Shown here one piece after another: positions 27,785 to 37,359 of a stretch of DNA of 64,000 nucleotides. Source of the DNA: Candidatus Lustribacter sp. Lineage in GTDB: Bacteria > Vulcanimicrobiota > Vulcanimicrobiia > Vulcanimicrobiales > Vulcanimicrobiaceae. The DNA is taken from the NCBI GenBank assembly GCA_965277805.1, contig OZ255842.1, forward strand, positions 4,064,001 through 4,128,000, read 5' to 3'. Within the stretch, counting starts at the first letter, position 1, and every line of letters begins with the position of its first letter. The translations under genes and the position numbers were made by a program. The notes under the pieces were generated by a model. That model was given only the letters and a program-made list of their open reading frames with translations, ran no database searches and had not been told where the DNA came from.

Positions 27785-29098
27785 ATGAACTGCTGCCAAC
27801 ACGAACATTACGCGAGTTCTGCAGACGGCGATTACGGTTTCGAAGTCGACGGCGCACGCATCACGTACGGCCGCGGCGTGTTGGCGGAACTGGGCGAAGC
27901 GGCGAAAGCGCTGCACATGAAGCGCGTCGCGGTGTTCGTCGATGCCACGTTGCGCGATCGCGACTTCGTGAAGACCGCGCTCGATTCGCTGCGGGACGCG
28001 AAGATGGACGCGGTCGTCTACACCGACATCGCGGTCGAACCGACCGATGCCTCGTTCAAGCAAGCCGCAGCGTTTGCGGCCGACGGCAAGTTCGACGGCT
28101 ACGTCTCCATCGGCGGCGGATCGACGATGGATACGTGCAAAGCGGCCGATCTCTACGCGACCTATCCGGCCGACTTCATGGATTACGTCAACGCCCCGAT
28201 CGGCGCCGGCCGGCCGATTCCCGGCCCGCTCACGCCCCACATCGCATGCCCGACCACGTGCGGAACCGGCAGCGAATGCACGGGCATTGCGATCTTCGAC
28301 TACCTCGCAATGAACGCCAAGACCGGGATCCGCGCGCGCGAATTGCGGCCCACGCTCGGCATCGTCGATCCCGACGTGACGCGCTCGCTGCCCGCGATGG
28401 TCGTGGCCTGCAGTGGCTTCGACGTGCTGAGCCACGCGCTTGAATCGTACACCGCGCTGCCGTATACGCGGCACGCGCGTTCGCCGAAGGGGGTCGCCCG
28501 CTCGCTCTCGCAAGGCGCCAATCCGTACAGCGACGTCGGCTGCGTCGGCGCGCTGCCGATCATCGGCGAACACATCGCGCGCGCGGTCAACGATCCGAGC
28601 GATGACGTTGCGCGCGAGCGGATGATGTTTGCCGCGATGCTGGCCGGCATTGCCTTCGGCAACGCGGGCTGTCATTTGCCGCACGCGATGTCGTACGCGG
28701 TATCCGGCAACGTCAAAGAGTTTCGCGCGCCCGGTTACGCGCCCGATGAAGCGATGATCCCGCACGGGATGTCGGTGATCCTCAACGCGCCCGCCGTGTT
28801 CCGGTTCACCGCGCCGGCCTGTCCCGAACGTCACCTCGACGCGGCGCGAATGCTGGGCGCCGACGTGCGCGGTGTGGGTTTCGACGATGCGGGCGAGGTT
28901 CTAAGTGCGCGCATCACGGAACTCATGAAGGCCACCGGCATCCCCAACGGGCTGGCCGAGGTCGGATACGAAGCGCGCGACATCGAGGCCCTGGTCGACG
29001 GCTCGTTTCCGCAAAAGGGTCTGATCAACAACGCCCCCCGCGAAACCACACGCGAACAACTGCATTCGCTCTACGCGAACGCTTTGCACCACTGGTAG
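27785..29098 (+). CDS. Hydroxyacid-oxoacid transhydrogenase (Fe-ADH family)
   Basis: GGGSTMDTCK, YVNAPIGAG, PTTCGTGSE, DVLSHALESYT, H..H..S, PHG motifs. Confidence 0.88.
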   Translation: MNCCQHEHYASSADGDYGFEVDGARITYGRGVLAELGEAAKALHMKRVAVFVDATLRDRDFVKTALDSLRDAKMDAVVYTDIAVEPTDASFKQAAAFAADGKFDGYVSIGGGSTMDTCKAADLYATYPADFMDYVNAPIGAGRPIPGPLTPHIACPTTCGTGSECTGIAIFDYLAMNAKTGIRARELRPTLGIVDPDVTRSLPAMVVACSGFDVLSHALESYTALPYTRHARSPKGVARSLSQGANPYSDVGCVGALPIIGEHIARAVNDPSDDVARERMMFAAMLAGIAFGNAGCHLPHAMSYAVSGNVKEFRAPGYAPDEAMIPHGMSVILNAPAVFRFTAPACPERHLDAARMLGADVRGVGFDDAGEVLSARITELMKATGIPNGLAEVGYEARDIEALVDGSFPQKGLINNAPRETTREQLHSLYANALHHW

Positions 29099-29111
29099 TA
29101 AGGGAGCACCC

Positions 29112-29777
29112 ATGACAACGCGTTTCGGAGCGCGCGCCGCGCGCCTGCTGCTCGCCCTCGCGGTCGCGGCGGCGACGACCATCGGCCCCGCGTCCGCGCA
29201 AGTCGTTCCCGCCATGCCCGCGCCGGTCGCCGTAACGCTCGCGCCGGCAACGACGGCGCTGCTCGTGATGGACGTGATCTCGTCAATCTGCAACCCGCAA
29301 CAGCCCAACTGCCTCGCGATGGTGCCGCGCGTAGCGAACCTGATCGCCGCCGCGCGCAAAGCCGGCGTCTGGGTGCTCTATAGCGCCGCCGCACCAACGG
29401 GGCTCGTTGCGCCGGTGGCGACGCCGCCATTCCTGGCCGCCATCGCCCCGCAGAGCGGCGACCCGATCGTGCTCGGCGCCGGCCAAGACCGCTTCTACTC
29501 GACCGCGCTCGATGGTTTGCTGCGCGCGCACGGCATCACGACGCTGATCCTGGCCGGCTGGCGCGAGAACGGCTCCGTGCTCTACACCGCAGTGGGCGCC
29601 AACCTCCACGGCTACACCGCGGTCGTCGCCGAAGACAGCACCTCGGCGAGCACCGACTACGATATCGCCATCGGCCGCTATCAGCTCCTGACGCAATTGA
29701 GCAACAACGCGAAGAACGAGCCGCTTAAGAAAGGCACCACCACGCTGAGCCGCGGCGATTTGATCACGTTTCGTTAG
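29112..29777 (+). CDS. Exported isochorismatase-like protein with degenerate triad
   Basis: Signal peptide; TTALLVMD, L..LLR.HGITTLILAG, GY..VV..D motifs; the usual Cys position is Ser. Confidence 0.8.
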   Translation: MTTRFGARAARLLLALAVAAATTIGPASAQVVPAMPAPVAVTLAPATTALLVMDVISSICNPQQPNCLAMVPRVANLIAAARKAGVWVLYSAAAPTGLVAPVATPPFLAAIAPQSGDPIVLGAGQDRFYSTALDGLLRAHGITTLILAGWRENGSVLYTAVGANLHGYTAVVAEDSTSASTDYDIAIGRYQLLTQLSNNAKNEPLKKGTTTLSRGDLITFR

Positions 29778-29871
29778 TGAGCGCGGTCACGAAACGATGT
29801 ACAGTTCAGGGTACGCTTTGAACTTGTAAGCGGGATTGGGCAAGTAGCCGTCTAGAAGCGCACTTTATGGG

Positions 29872-31704
29872 GTGCTTAAGGACCTCGTGAAAGTTCGTTT
29901 TTGGGGCACACGAGGGTCGATCGCAAAGCCCGGGCCGTCTACAGCCCGGTACGGCGGAAACACGTCCTGCATTGAAGTTCGCTCGTCGCAGGGCACCCTC
30001 GTCGTCATCGATTGCGGCACCGGTTCGCACGGTCTCGGCCAAACGCTCGTCGACGAAGGCGTCACGCGCGGCTGTTTGCTGATCAGCCACACGCATTGGG
30101 ACCACATCCAAGGCCTGCCGTTTTTTGCGCCGCTGTTCCAGCCTTCCAACGAGTGGGACATCTGCGGACCGAAGGGCTTGAGCGGATCGCTACGCGAGAC
30201 GCTCGCGGGTCAAATGGAGTCGACCTACTTCCCGGTCGCGCTCGAATCGCTCGGCGCGACGATTCGCTATTGGGATTTGCTGCAGGGCAGTTTCCAAGTC
30301 GACGACATCCGCGTCTCCACGCACCATCTCAATCATCCGGCGCTGACGCTCGCCTACCGGCTCGAGTGCGACGGGGCGAGCGTCGTCTACGCGTGCGATC
30401 ATGAAGTGTACTCGCACGCCGCCGCCGACGGTCACGTCCGGCTCGACGGACCCGACCTGCGGCACGCCGAGTTTGCGGCCGGCGCGGATCTGCTGATCCA
30501 CGATTCGCAATACACGGCATCCGAATATCCGAACAAGATCAACTGGGGTCACAGCACGATCGAGTACGCGATGCGCGTCGCGCGCGAAGCGGGCGTCGGA
30601 CAACTCGCGCTGACGCACCACGATCCGCTGCGCACCGACGACGAGCTCGATCTGCTGGTCGAACGCGCCGAAGCCACGATGCGCGAGTACGGCTCGCCGA
30701 TTCACGTCTTTGCCGCCGCGGAAGGCCAATCGATCGACGTGAAGGCCGCGTCGCCGAACGCCGCCGAGCCGGCCGCCGCGATCGCACAGAATTCGATCCA
30801 AACCACCGAGAACGCCCAGACGGTGCTCGTCGGGCTGTACGATCCCGAAATGGTCACGCTGTTCGGCAACGCGATCTCGACCGATCCGAGCCTGCGCGCC
30901 GTGACGGTGACGAATGCTGATGACGTGCGTTCCGCCGCGGCCAACGACCGGCTCTCGGTCGTGATTCTCGAGCACGCTCCCGGTCACGATGCGCTCGCGA
31001 TGTGCCGGCAGATCGTCGCCGACCGGGCTGACGACCGTCGCCGTTTGCCGATTCTGGTCGTAGCCGACCAAGAATATCCCGGTGGTGCGAAAGCCGGCGT
31101 CACCGAGTGGCTCGTCAAGCCGTTCTCGAGCGTCTACGCGCAAGCCAAGGTGCAAGCGTGGGTTCATCGCGGGACGAGCCGCTGGAAGAAAGCCGCCATT
31201 CCGTCCGACGAAGACCGCCGCCTGAACACGTTGCGCGCGATGGCGATTTTCGACACGCTGCCGGAAGCGCGCTTCGACCGGATCACGCGCCTCGCGAGCC
31301 GTTTCTTCGCCGCACCGATTGCGTTGATCACGCTGGTCGATCCCGACCGACAGTGGTTCAAGTCGCGCGTGGGGCTGAACATCCGCGAGACCTCGCGCGA
31401 ATCGTCGTTCTGCGCGCACGCCGTGTTCGACCGCTCGACGCTGGTGATCAACGATGCGCTCGTCGACGACCGCTTCGCCGAGAACCCGCTCGTCGTCGAC
31501 GAGCCGCGCGTACGATTCTATGCCGGCGCGCCGTTGATTCTGACCGACGGCACGTGCGCCGGCTGTCTCGCGGTCCTCGACACGCGCCCGCGCTGGTTTG
31601 CCGCCTCCGACGTCCAGTTGCTCGAAGACCTGCGTGACCTGGCCGTCAGCGAACTCGAACGCTCCGCCGCCGGCGCCTCAACCGAGGATTCGCGCCTCGC
31701 CTGA
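29872..31704 (+). CDS. MBL-fold hydrolase (putative cyclic-nucleotide phosphodiesterase) + pseudo-receiver + GAF
   Basis: WGTRGS..GGNTSC, HTHWDH, HDSQY..WGHS, HHDP; LVKPF; FDRITRLA..RQWFKS..SFCAH..RFYAGAPL. The start may be GTG 29887. Confidence 0.88.
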   Translation: MLKDLVKVRFWGTRGSIAKPGPSTARYGGNTSCIEVRSSQGTLVVIDCGTGSHGLGQTLVDEGVTRGCLLISHTHWDHIQGLPFFAPLFQPSNEWDICGPKGLSGSLRETLAGQMESTYFPVALESLGATIRYWDLLQGSFQVDDIRVSTHHLNHPALTLAYRLECDGASVVYACDHEVYSHAAADGHVRLDGPDLRHAEFAAGADLLIHDSQYTASEYPNKINWGHSTIEYAMRVAREAGVGQLALTHHDPLRTDDELDLLVERAEATMREYGSPIHVFAAAEGQSIDVKAASPNAAEPAAAIAQNSIQTTENAQTVLVGLYDPEMVTLFGNAISTDPSLRAVTVTNADDVRSAAANDRLSVVILEHAPGHDALAMCRQIVADRADDRRRLPILVVADQEYPGGAKAGVTEWLVKPFSSVYAQAKVQAWVHRGTSRWKKAAIPSDEDRRLNTLRAMAIFDTLPEARFDRITRLASRFFAAPIALITLVDPDRQWFKSRVGLNIRETSRESSFCAHAVFDRSTLVINDALVDDRFAENPLVVDEPRVRFYAGAPLILTDGTCAGCLAVLDTRPRWFAASDVQLLEDLRDLAVSELERSAAGASTEDSRLA

Positions 31705-31720
31705 CCAGGATCGTGGCGGT

Positions 31721-31743
31721 CCCTCGACAAGCTCGGGATGACA
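31721..31743. repeat. REP-like element
   Basis: CCCTCGACAAGCTCGGGATGACA, abutting the next ATG. Confidence 0.7.
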
Positions 31744-32546
31744 TGAGGGTCGCGCGTTATCTTCTCGATGGAAAAACCCGCATCGGCGTGAGCACCGGCG
31801 GCGACTTCGGATTGCTTGCGCCGGAGGTTTCGAGCATCACGGCAGCGCTTGCGGCGAAAACGCACGCGGTCGTCGAGCCGCTCGGCGCGTCCACGCTGCA
31901 GATTCCGCTGGACGCCGGCGCACGGATCTTTTGCATCGGCGTCAACTATCGCTCGCACGTCGCCGAAACGCATCGCGAGGTCGAACCGCAGCCGTCGGTG
32001 TTCATTCGCACGCAGGCGAGCATCGTCGCGCACGGCGCCGGCATGGTGCGCCCGACGATCTCGGATAACTTCGACTACGAGGGCGAACTCACGGTCGTCA
32101 TCGGACGTGCCGGCCGCTTGATCTCACAGGCCGACGCTCTCAAACACGTCGCCGGCTACACGTGTTTCAACGACGGCAGCATCCGCGATTTTCAGAAACA
32201 CTCGACGACGTCGGGCAAGAACTTCGAAGCGAGCGGCGCATGCGGACCGTGGGTCGTCACGGCCGACGAGCTGCCGGATCCATCGAAGCTCACGCTCGTC
32301 ACGCGGCTCAACGGCACGGAAGTGCAGCGCTCGACGACCGACCTGCTCATTCACTCGATCCCGCGCATCATCGAGTACATCTCGATTATCACCACGCTCG
32401 AACCGGGCGACATCATCGCGACCGGGACGCCGGCCGGCGTCGGCTCGCGCCGCACGCCGCCGCTCTGGATGAAGCCGGGCGACACGATCGAGGTCGACAT
32501 CTCCGGCATCGGCGTGCTCTCGAACCCGATCGTCCAGGGCCGCTAG
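31743..32546 (+). CDS. Fumarylacetoacetate hydrolase family protein
   Basis: CIGVNY, DYEGEL, NDGSIRDFQ, GKNF, TGTPAGVG motifs. Confidence 0.92.
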   Translation: MRVARYLLDGKTRIGVSTGGDFGLLAPEVSSITAALAAKTHAVVEPLGASTLQIPLDAGARIFCIGVNYRSHVAETHREVEPQPSVFIRTQASIVAHGAGMVRPTISDNFDYEGELTVVIGRAGRLISQADALKHVAGYTCFNDGSIRDFQKHSTTSGKNFEASGACGPWVVTADELPDPSKLTLVTRLNGTEVQRSTTDLLIHSIPRIIEYISIITTLEPGDIIATGTPAGVGSRRTPPLWMKPGDTIEVDISGIGVLSNPIVQGR

Positions 32547-32920
32547 GCCCCGATCGACAACGCGATGTAGGTGAGGTTCTCGTCGCGGTCGTTGCGCAGG
32601 CCGTGCACGCTGTTGCGCGGATGCACCGCGAACTGTCCGGCCTCAATCCGCTCTTGCCGCCCATCCTCCATCGTGACGATGCCGCCGCCGGAGACGATGA
32701 ACCACGCGTGCGAGGTTTCGGGGTGCATGTGCACCGCCTGTTCTTCGCCCGGCGAAATCGTGATGACGACCGCGCGAAACTCATCGCCCACGTACATGCG
32801 GCCGGCGCGCTCCTTCGTCTTACCGATCACCACGTGATCGGCGATCGTCATGATGCGCTCGTTCGGATCCGTTTTCGGGCGATCGGTGAAGCGCGCGGCG
32901 ATGACCTTGACGTCGTCCAT
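32543..32920 (-). CDS. Cupin_2 domain protein
   Basis: HMHP...H...SGGG and P...HG..N motifs. Confidence 0.82.
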   Translation of the reverse strand: MDDVKVIAARFTDRPKTDPNERIMTIADHVVIGKTKERAGRMYVGDEFRAVVITISPGEEQAVHMHPETSHAWFIVSGGGIVTMEDGRQERIEAGQFAVHPRNSVHGLRNDRDENLTYIALSIGA

Positions 32921-32947
32921 ACGGCTCCTTGAGGTGGCGAACCAGGG

Positions 32948-32965
32948 ATGGTAGAACTCTAACTA
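32948..32965. promoter_or_regulatory. Putative MarR-type operator, copy 1
   Basis: ATGGTAGAACTCTAACTA in a divergent promoter; related sites at about 37315 and 40184. Confidence 0.55.
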
Positions 32966-33023
32966 CAACTCTAAGGGCGCGCTCCGGGGAAGTCAACCGG
33001 GCCACGTGGGGGATAGGGATTTT

Positions 33024-33941
33024 ATGCGTATTTTGATCACCGGCGTGAGCGGTTACGCGGGGTACTACGCCGCGATGCGGCTGGCCGCGGCCGGCCACGA
33101 AGTGACCGGCATCGTGCGCAATCCCGATCAGCCGCGCTTGAACATCCTGCGTTCGCGCGAGATCAAGCTCGTCGTCGGCGACGTGTCGCAACCCGGCACC
33201 TATCGCGAGCTGCTCGCGAACAGTCACGTCATCATTCACACGATGCTCGACAAAAAGGCGCCGCTCGCGACCGATCGCACGCTCTTCGCCGAGATCAGTG
33301 CGCTGCCGCAAACGCCGGGTGCGCGACGGCGCTTCATCTACACCACCGGTTGCTCGATCTTCGGTAAACTCGACGTGCGCATCATGGACGAGACGACGGA
33401 ACCGAATCCGAAGCATTTTCTCGCCTTCCGCCGCGAGCTCGAAAAAGAGGCGCTGGCGATCGCGACCGTCGGCGTCGTGGTGCTGCGTCCCGGTTTCATG
33501 TACGGCAACGACGGCTACAACAGCCAGGCCACCGACTGGTTCGAGATGGGCGACTCGGGCGAGGGCATTTATCGCGGCGATCGCACGAAAAGCTGGTCGT
33601 GGATCCACATCGACGATCTGGCCGACGCGTTCGTGCGCGCGACCGAAGCCGGCCGCGAGATCGACGGCGAACTGTTCAACCTCGCCGACGACCGACAGCC
33701 GCTCTGCGTCGACGTGATGCGCCGATGCGTGACCGTGGCGGGCTACAACGGCGAGATCACGTTCGCCGGCCCGATGGAAGGCAACAACACGAGCACCTGG
33801 TTCGACCAGAACGAACTCATCACGTCGGAGAAAGCCCGCCGCATTCTGGGTTGGAATCCGCGCCACGCCGGCATCCTCGAAGACGCTCCCGCCGCCTACG
33901 CCGCGTGGAAAGCCTCACAGAAGATCGCCACAGGCGGCTAG
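33024..33941 (+). CDS. NAD-dependent epimerase/dehydratase (atypical SDR)
   Basis: ILITGVSGYAG, LRPGFMYG, IHIDDLA motifs. Confidence 0.88.
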   Translation: MRILITGVSGYAGYYAAMRLAAAGHEVTGIVRNPDQPRLNILRSREIKLVVGDVSQPGTYRELLANSHVIIHTMLDKKAPLATDRTLFAEISALPQTPGARRRFIYTTGCSIFGKLDVRIMDETTEPNPKHFLAFRRELEKEALAIATVGVVVLRPGFMYGNDGYNSQATDWFEMGDSGEGIYRGDRTKSWSWIHIDDLADAFVRATEAGREIDGELFNLADDRQPLCVDVMRRCVTVAGYNGEITFAGPMEGNNTSTWFDQNELITSEKARRILGWNPRHAGILEDAPAAYAAWKASQKIATGG

Positions 33942-34942
33942 CCCAGCAGCTGCGGCATCACCTCGCGCGCAAACAATTCGATCGACCGCAACGAATCGGT
34001 GTGCGGCATGTCGCCGAACGCGAACTGACCGACGAAATAGTTCGACTCGGTCTCGTCGATCTGGGCCTGGAGCGCGCGCAGCACCGTTGCGGGCGAGCCG
34101 GCGATCGCGACTCCCTCCGCCATCTGACCGGCAAACGTCGTCGGCCGTTCGCCCTGCATCGGCCCACGTCCGAACCGCCGGTAGAGCGCGTTGAAATTCG
34201 CGTACCAACGTGGGTAGGCTGCTTCCGCGATGGCGAGCGCGGCCTCGTCGCTCTCGGCAACGACGACGAAACGCACGATACCGGCGAGCAGATCCGGCGC
34301 CGCGGCGCGATGCGGCGCAAGCGTTTCGCGCACGCGCGCGAGCGGGTTGAGCGTGAGCACGTTGTAGCCGTTGCGTGCGCACCGCTCGGCACTTTCGGGC
34401 GAGCTGATACCATACCAAAGCGGAGGTCGCGGCAACTGCAAAGGGTGGACTTCGATCGGCACGCCGTCGTAGTGATAAAAGCGGCCGTGGAAGTTGAGCA
34501 TGCCGCCGCCGAAGCCTTGCATGATCACATCATGCGCCTCTTCGAACATCGCCAGAGTGAGCTCGGGGTCGGCGCCGCAATACCGCGCCTCGATCGGGGA
34601 TATGCCGCGCCCGACGCCGACATCGAGGCGTCCGCCGCTCATCTGGTCGAGCATGCACAGCTCTTCGAGCAGCCGCAGCGGCGCATAGAGCGGCAAGAGA
34701 TAGACGAGGGCACCCAGGCGCAGCCGCTGCGTGCGGCCCGCAACCATAGCGAGAAACACGTTCGGCGATGACGCGAGGCCGAGCGGCGTCGCATGATGCT
34801 CGGCGATGTGATAGCTGTAGAAGCCGAGGCGATCGTAGCATTCGGTCAACGCCAGCCGCTTGGCAAAGAACGCCGCCGTATCCGGACTGCCGCGGTCCAG
34901 GTGGTCGAACACGCCGATGTGACGCACCGTTGGACGCGCCAC
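33938..34942 (-). CDS. LLM class flavin-dependent oxidoreductase
   Basis: GVFDH, AEHHATP, LDQMSGGRLDVGVGRG motifs. Confidence 0.9.
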   Translation of the reverse strand: MARPTVRHIGVFDHLDRGSPDTAAFFAKRLALTECYDRLGFYSYHIAEHHATPLGLASSPNVFLAMVAGRTQRLRLGALVYLLPLYAPLRLLEELCMLDQMSGGRLDVGVGRGISPIEARYCGADPELTLAMFEEAHDVIMQGFGGGMLNFHGRFYHYDGVPIEVHPLQLPRPPLWYGISSPESAERCARNGYNVLTLNPLARVRETLAPHRAAAPDLLAGIVRFVVVAESDEAALAIAEAAYPRWYANFNALYRRFGRGPMQGERPTTFAGQMAEGVAIAGSPATVLRALQAQIDETESNYFVGQFAFGDMPHTDSLRSIELFAREVMPQLLG

Positions 34943-36093
34943 TAGCGGGCGACGCCTCGAATGGCGGCGATATCCCACGATTCGAACGGCTCGCCCAGGC
35001 GGGCTTTGCGCGCCCAGTCGGGATCGTTGAGCAGCGCACGCCCGCAACCGAAGAGATCGAACTCATCGCGTTCGAAGCGCGCGCGCAGCGCGGCGAGGTT
35101 ATTCGCCGATTGCGGCGGCTCGTGCGAGTCCGGGTCGTAATGTCCCACGCTCATCCCCACCGCGCCGACGCTCATCGTCTTGCGCCCGGTCAGTTTTTTC
35201 GCCCAGCCTGCGAGATTGAGATTCGAGCCCGCAAAGACGGGTCGGTCGAAGTTGTGTTCGCTGCAGTCGAACATGTCGACGCCGGCATCGGCGAGCGGAC
35301 CGACAACGTCTTCCAGCTCGGCCGCCGTCCGGGCCAACTGCGCGCGATCGTCTTGATGCTTCCATTGCGACATGCGGTAGAACACCGGCATCGTCTCGCC
35401 GCCTTCACGCCGCAACATACGAATCAGTTCGCTTGCGAAGCGCGTGCGCTCGCGCCGGTTCCCGCCCCAGCGGTCCGTGCGAAGGTTCGTTTCTTCCCAC
35501 AGAAAAGAATCCGGCAGATAACCGTTCGCGCCGTGGATCTCGAGGCCGTCGAAGCCGAGCTCCACGGCTTTGCGCGCGGTGCGCGCATACGCTTCGATGA
35601 TCTCGAGGATCTCGGCATCGGTCAGTTCCGGTCCCGGCACCGCGAGGCGTTCGATGAACGCGCGTTCGACGTGCGTCGGCCGGCCGGTCGGCCCGTAGAT
35701 ACCGGACGGGCGCGCCGACGGCGCGTCGGGATGGAAGCCGGTGCCCGGCGTGCGCATCACGCCTAGATGCCACAACTGCGCGACGATCTTGCCGCCGCCT
35801 TCGTGCACGAGATCGACCACGCGCTTCCAGCCCGCAACCTGTTCGTCGCTGATCAGTTCCGGAATGGCACACGGGCGTTCAACGTACACGCCGGTCGCAG
35901 CGGGATGATCGACGGCGATACCGCCGGTGAAGATCAAGCCGGCTTCGCCGTCGACACGGCGGCGATAGAACTTCGCGATGTTCTCGCCGACGACGCCGCC
36001 CGGCGCCGCGTTGCGGTTCATCGGCGACATTGCAACGCGATTCTTGACCGTCAACCCGCGCAAGCTGAACGGTTCGAAAAGACTATCGCCCAT
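34942..36093 (-). CDS. NADH:flavin oxidoreductase (Old Yellow Enzyme family)
   Basis: NRVAMSPM, QLWH.G, GFDGLEIHGANGYL, RTDRWGG motifs. Confidence 0.92.
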   Translation of the reverse strand: MGDSLFEPFSLRGLTVKNRVAMSPMNRNAAPGGVVGENIAKFYRRRVDGEAGLIFTGGIAVDHPAATGVYVERPCAIPELISDEQVAGWKRVVDLVHEGGGKIVAQLWHLGVMRTPGTGFHPDAPSARPSGIYGPTGRPTHVERAFIERLAVPGPELTDAEILEIIEAYARTARKAVELGFDGLEIHGANGYLPDSFLWEETNLRTDRWGGNRRERTRFASELIRMLRREGGETMPVFYRMSQWKHQDDRAQLARTAAELEDVVGPLADAGVDMFDCSEHNFDRPVFAGSNLNLAGWAKKLTGRKTMSVGAVGMSVGHYDPDSHEPPQSANNLAALRARFERDEFDLFGCGRALLNDPDWARKARLGEPFESWDIAAIRGVAR

Positions 36094-37276
36094 TGAGCGG
36101 CTGGCCGCCGAGTTTGCTCACCGGCACGAAATCGCCGCGCGCGCTATCCCAGCGCACCATGACGATCGCGCCCTGCCCGATCCCGCGCTGCGCATACTGC
36201 GGGTAGTCGTAGACGCCGTTCGCGCCGACCCAGCCCTTCGAGCTGATCATCGCATCGCGCAGCTTCGTCGCCGACGTATCGAGCCCGACTCGCCGCAGCG
36301 CATCGATCATGAACATCGTCGGATCCCACGAACTGATCGCGACTTGATCGGGAACGGCGCCGGCGGCATGAAACGACGTAACGAGTAGATTCATTGCGGC
36401 GCGCGTCTTCGCATCGACGCCGGACGTGCCGCCGTAATATGCCATACCGGGCAAGAAGCTCACGTCGGTGAGCACCGGTGCGTACTGCTTCGTAAACGGT
36501 TCCGTCATATTGCCGGGCGAGAGCAGCACCGGAATGTTCAGGCCGGCATCGTGCATCCCGCGCAGCGCCGTGCCGCCGGGCGTACCCGTGGCCCAGGCCA
36601 GCAACACGTCGGGTTTCGCCGCTTGAATACGCGCGAGCTGGGCCGAGATCGAGATGTCGGAAGCGCCGAAATGCTCGCGATCGACGATCTCGACACCCTT
36701 GTTCTCCGGCAATGCGGCGTTTTGGAGAATACCCTGCTCCGCATCCTGTCCGCTGGCATCGGTCGTGACGAGATACGCCATCTTCTTCCAGCCGCGATCG
36801 CGGAAGTAGCGCATCGCGACGCCGATCAGATCGGGCGTTGACGTGAGCGTCGAGAACACGTACCCGCCGGGCGTCGGCTTTGCGCCGGCCGTGAGGCAGT
36901 ACATCACGGGGCCGCCGTTCGCGACGAGCGGCATGATCGCGTTGCACGACGCGGTGAGCGACGGACCGACGACGAGCGGCACCTTCGCGGCGATGAGCGC
37001 CTGGGTGAGCTGAATGTCGACCTGAGGATTGGAGGCGTCGTCTTTGAGGACGAACTTCACCGGCCGGCCGTTGATGCCGCCCGCTTTGTTGATCGCGGTC
37101 TCGGCGATCTGAATCGCTTGCCACTGACCCTGACCGACGAACGTGCCCGGTCCCGTCATCGACAGGATGACGTTGATCTCGTATGCGTCGGCCGCAACGG
37201 CGACGTGTGCGGGGCCGAAGGCCGCGATCGCGATGCTCGCAATAACGGCCGCCTTGATCCAACGGTACAACTTCAT
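36083..37276 (-). CDS. ABC substrate-binding protein (LivJ/PBP1 type)
   Basis: Signal peptide; SMTGPG, INKAGGINGRPV..DD.S.P motifs. Confidence 0.88.
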   Translation of the reverse strand: MKLYRWIKAAVIASIAIAAFGPAHVAVAADAYEINVILSMTGPGTFVGQGQWQAIQIAETAINKAGGINGRPVKFVLKDDASNPQVDIQLTQALIAAKVPLVVGPSLTASCNAIMPLVANGGPVMYCLTAGAKPTPGGYVFSTLTSTPDLIGVAMRYFRDRGWKKMAYLVTTDASGQDAEQGILQNAALPENKGVEIVDREHFGASDISISAQLARIQAAKPDVLLAWATGTPGGTALRGMHDAGLNIPVLLSPGNMTEPFTKQYAPVLTDVSFLPGMAYYGGTSGVDAKTRAAMNLLVTSFHAAGAVPDQVAISSWDPTMFMIDALRRVGLDTSATKLRDAMISSKGWVGANGVYDYPQYAQRGIGQGAIVMVRWDSARGDFVPVSKLGGQPLNGR

Positions 37277-37314
37277 GAACCATCCTCAACTAAGCAGCAG
37301 GAACTGATTTGCCC

Positions 37315-37331
37315 TCGTTAGACTTCTATCA
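37315..37331. promoter_or_regulatory. Putative MarR-type operator, copy 2
   Basis: Reverse complement TGATAGAAGTCTAACGA matches the copy 1 core TAGAACTCTAAC at 11/12. Confidence 0.5.
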
Positions 37332-37359
37332 TTCTTCTCTATCAAGCGGAGGGCGGATT

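Noticed and set aside
29801-29827. AGTTCA...TGAACT inverted repeat as operator or terminator
   Set aside because: Short arms, single occurrence, no U-tract and no assignable regulator.
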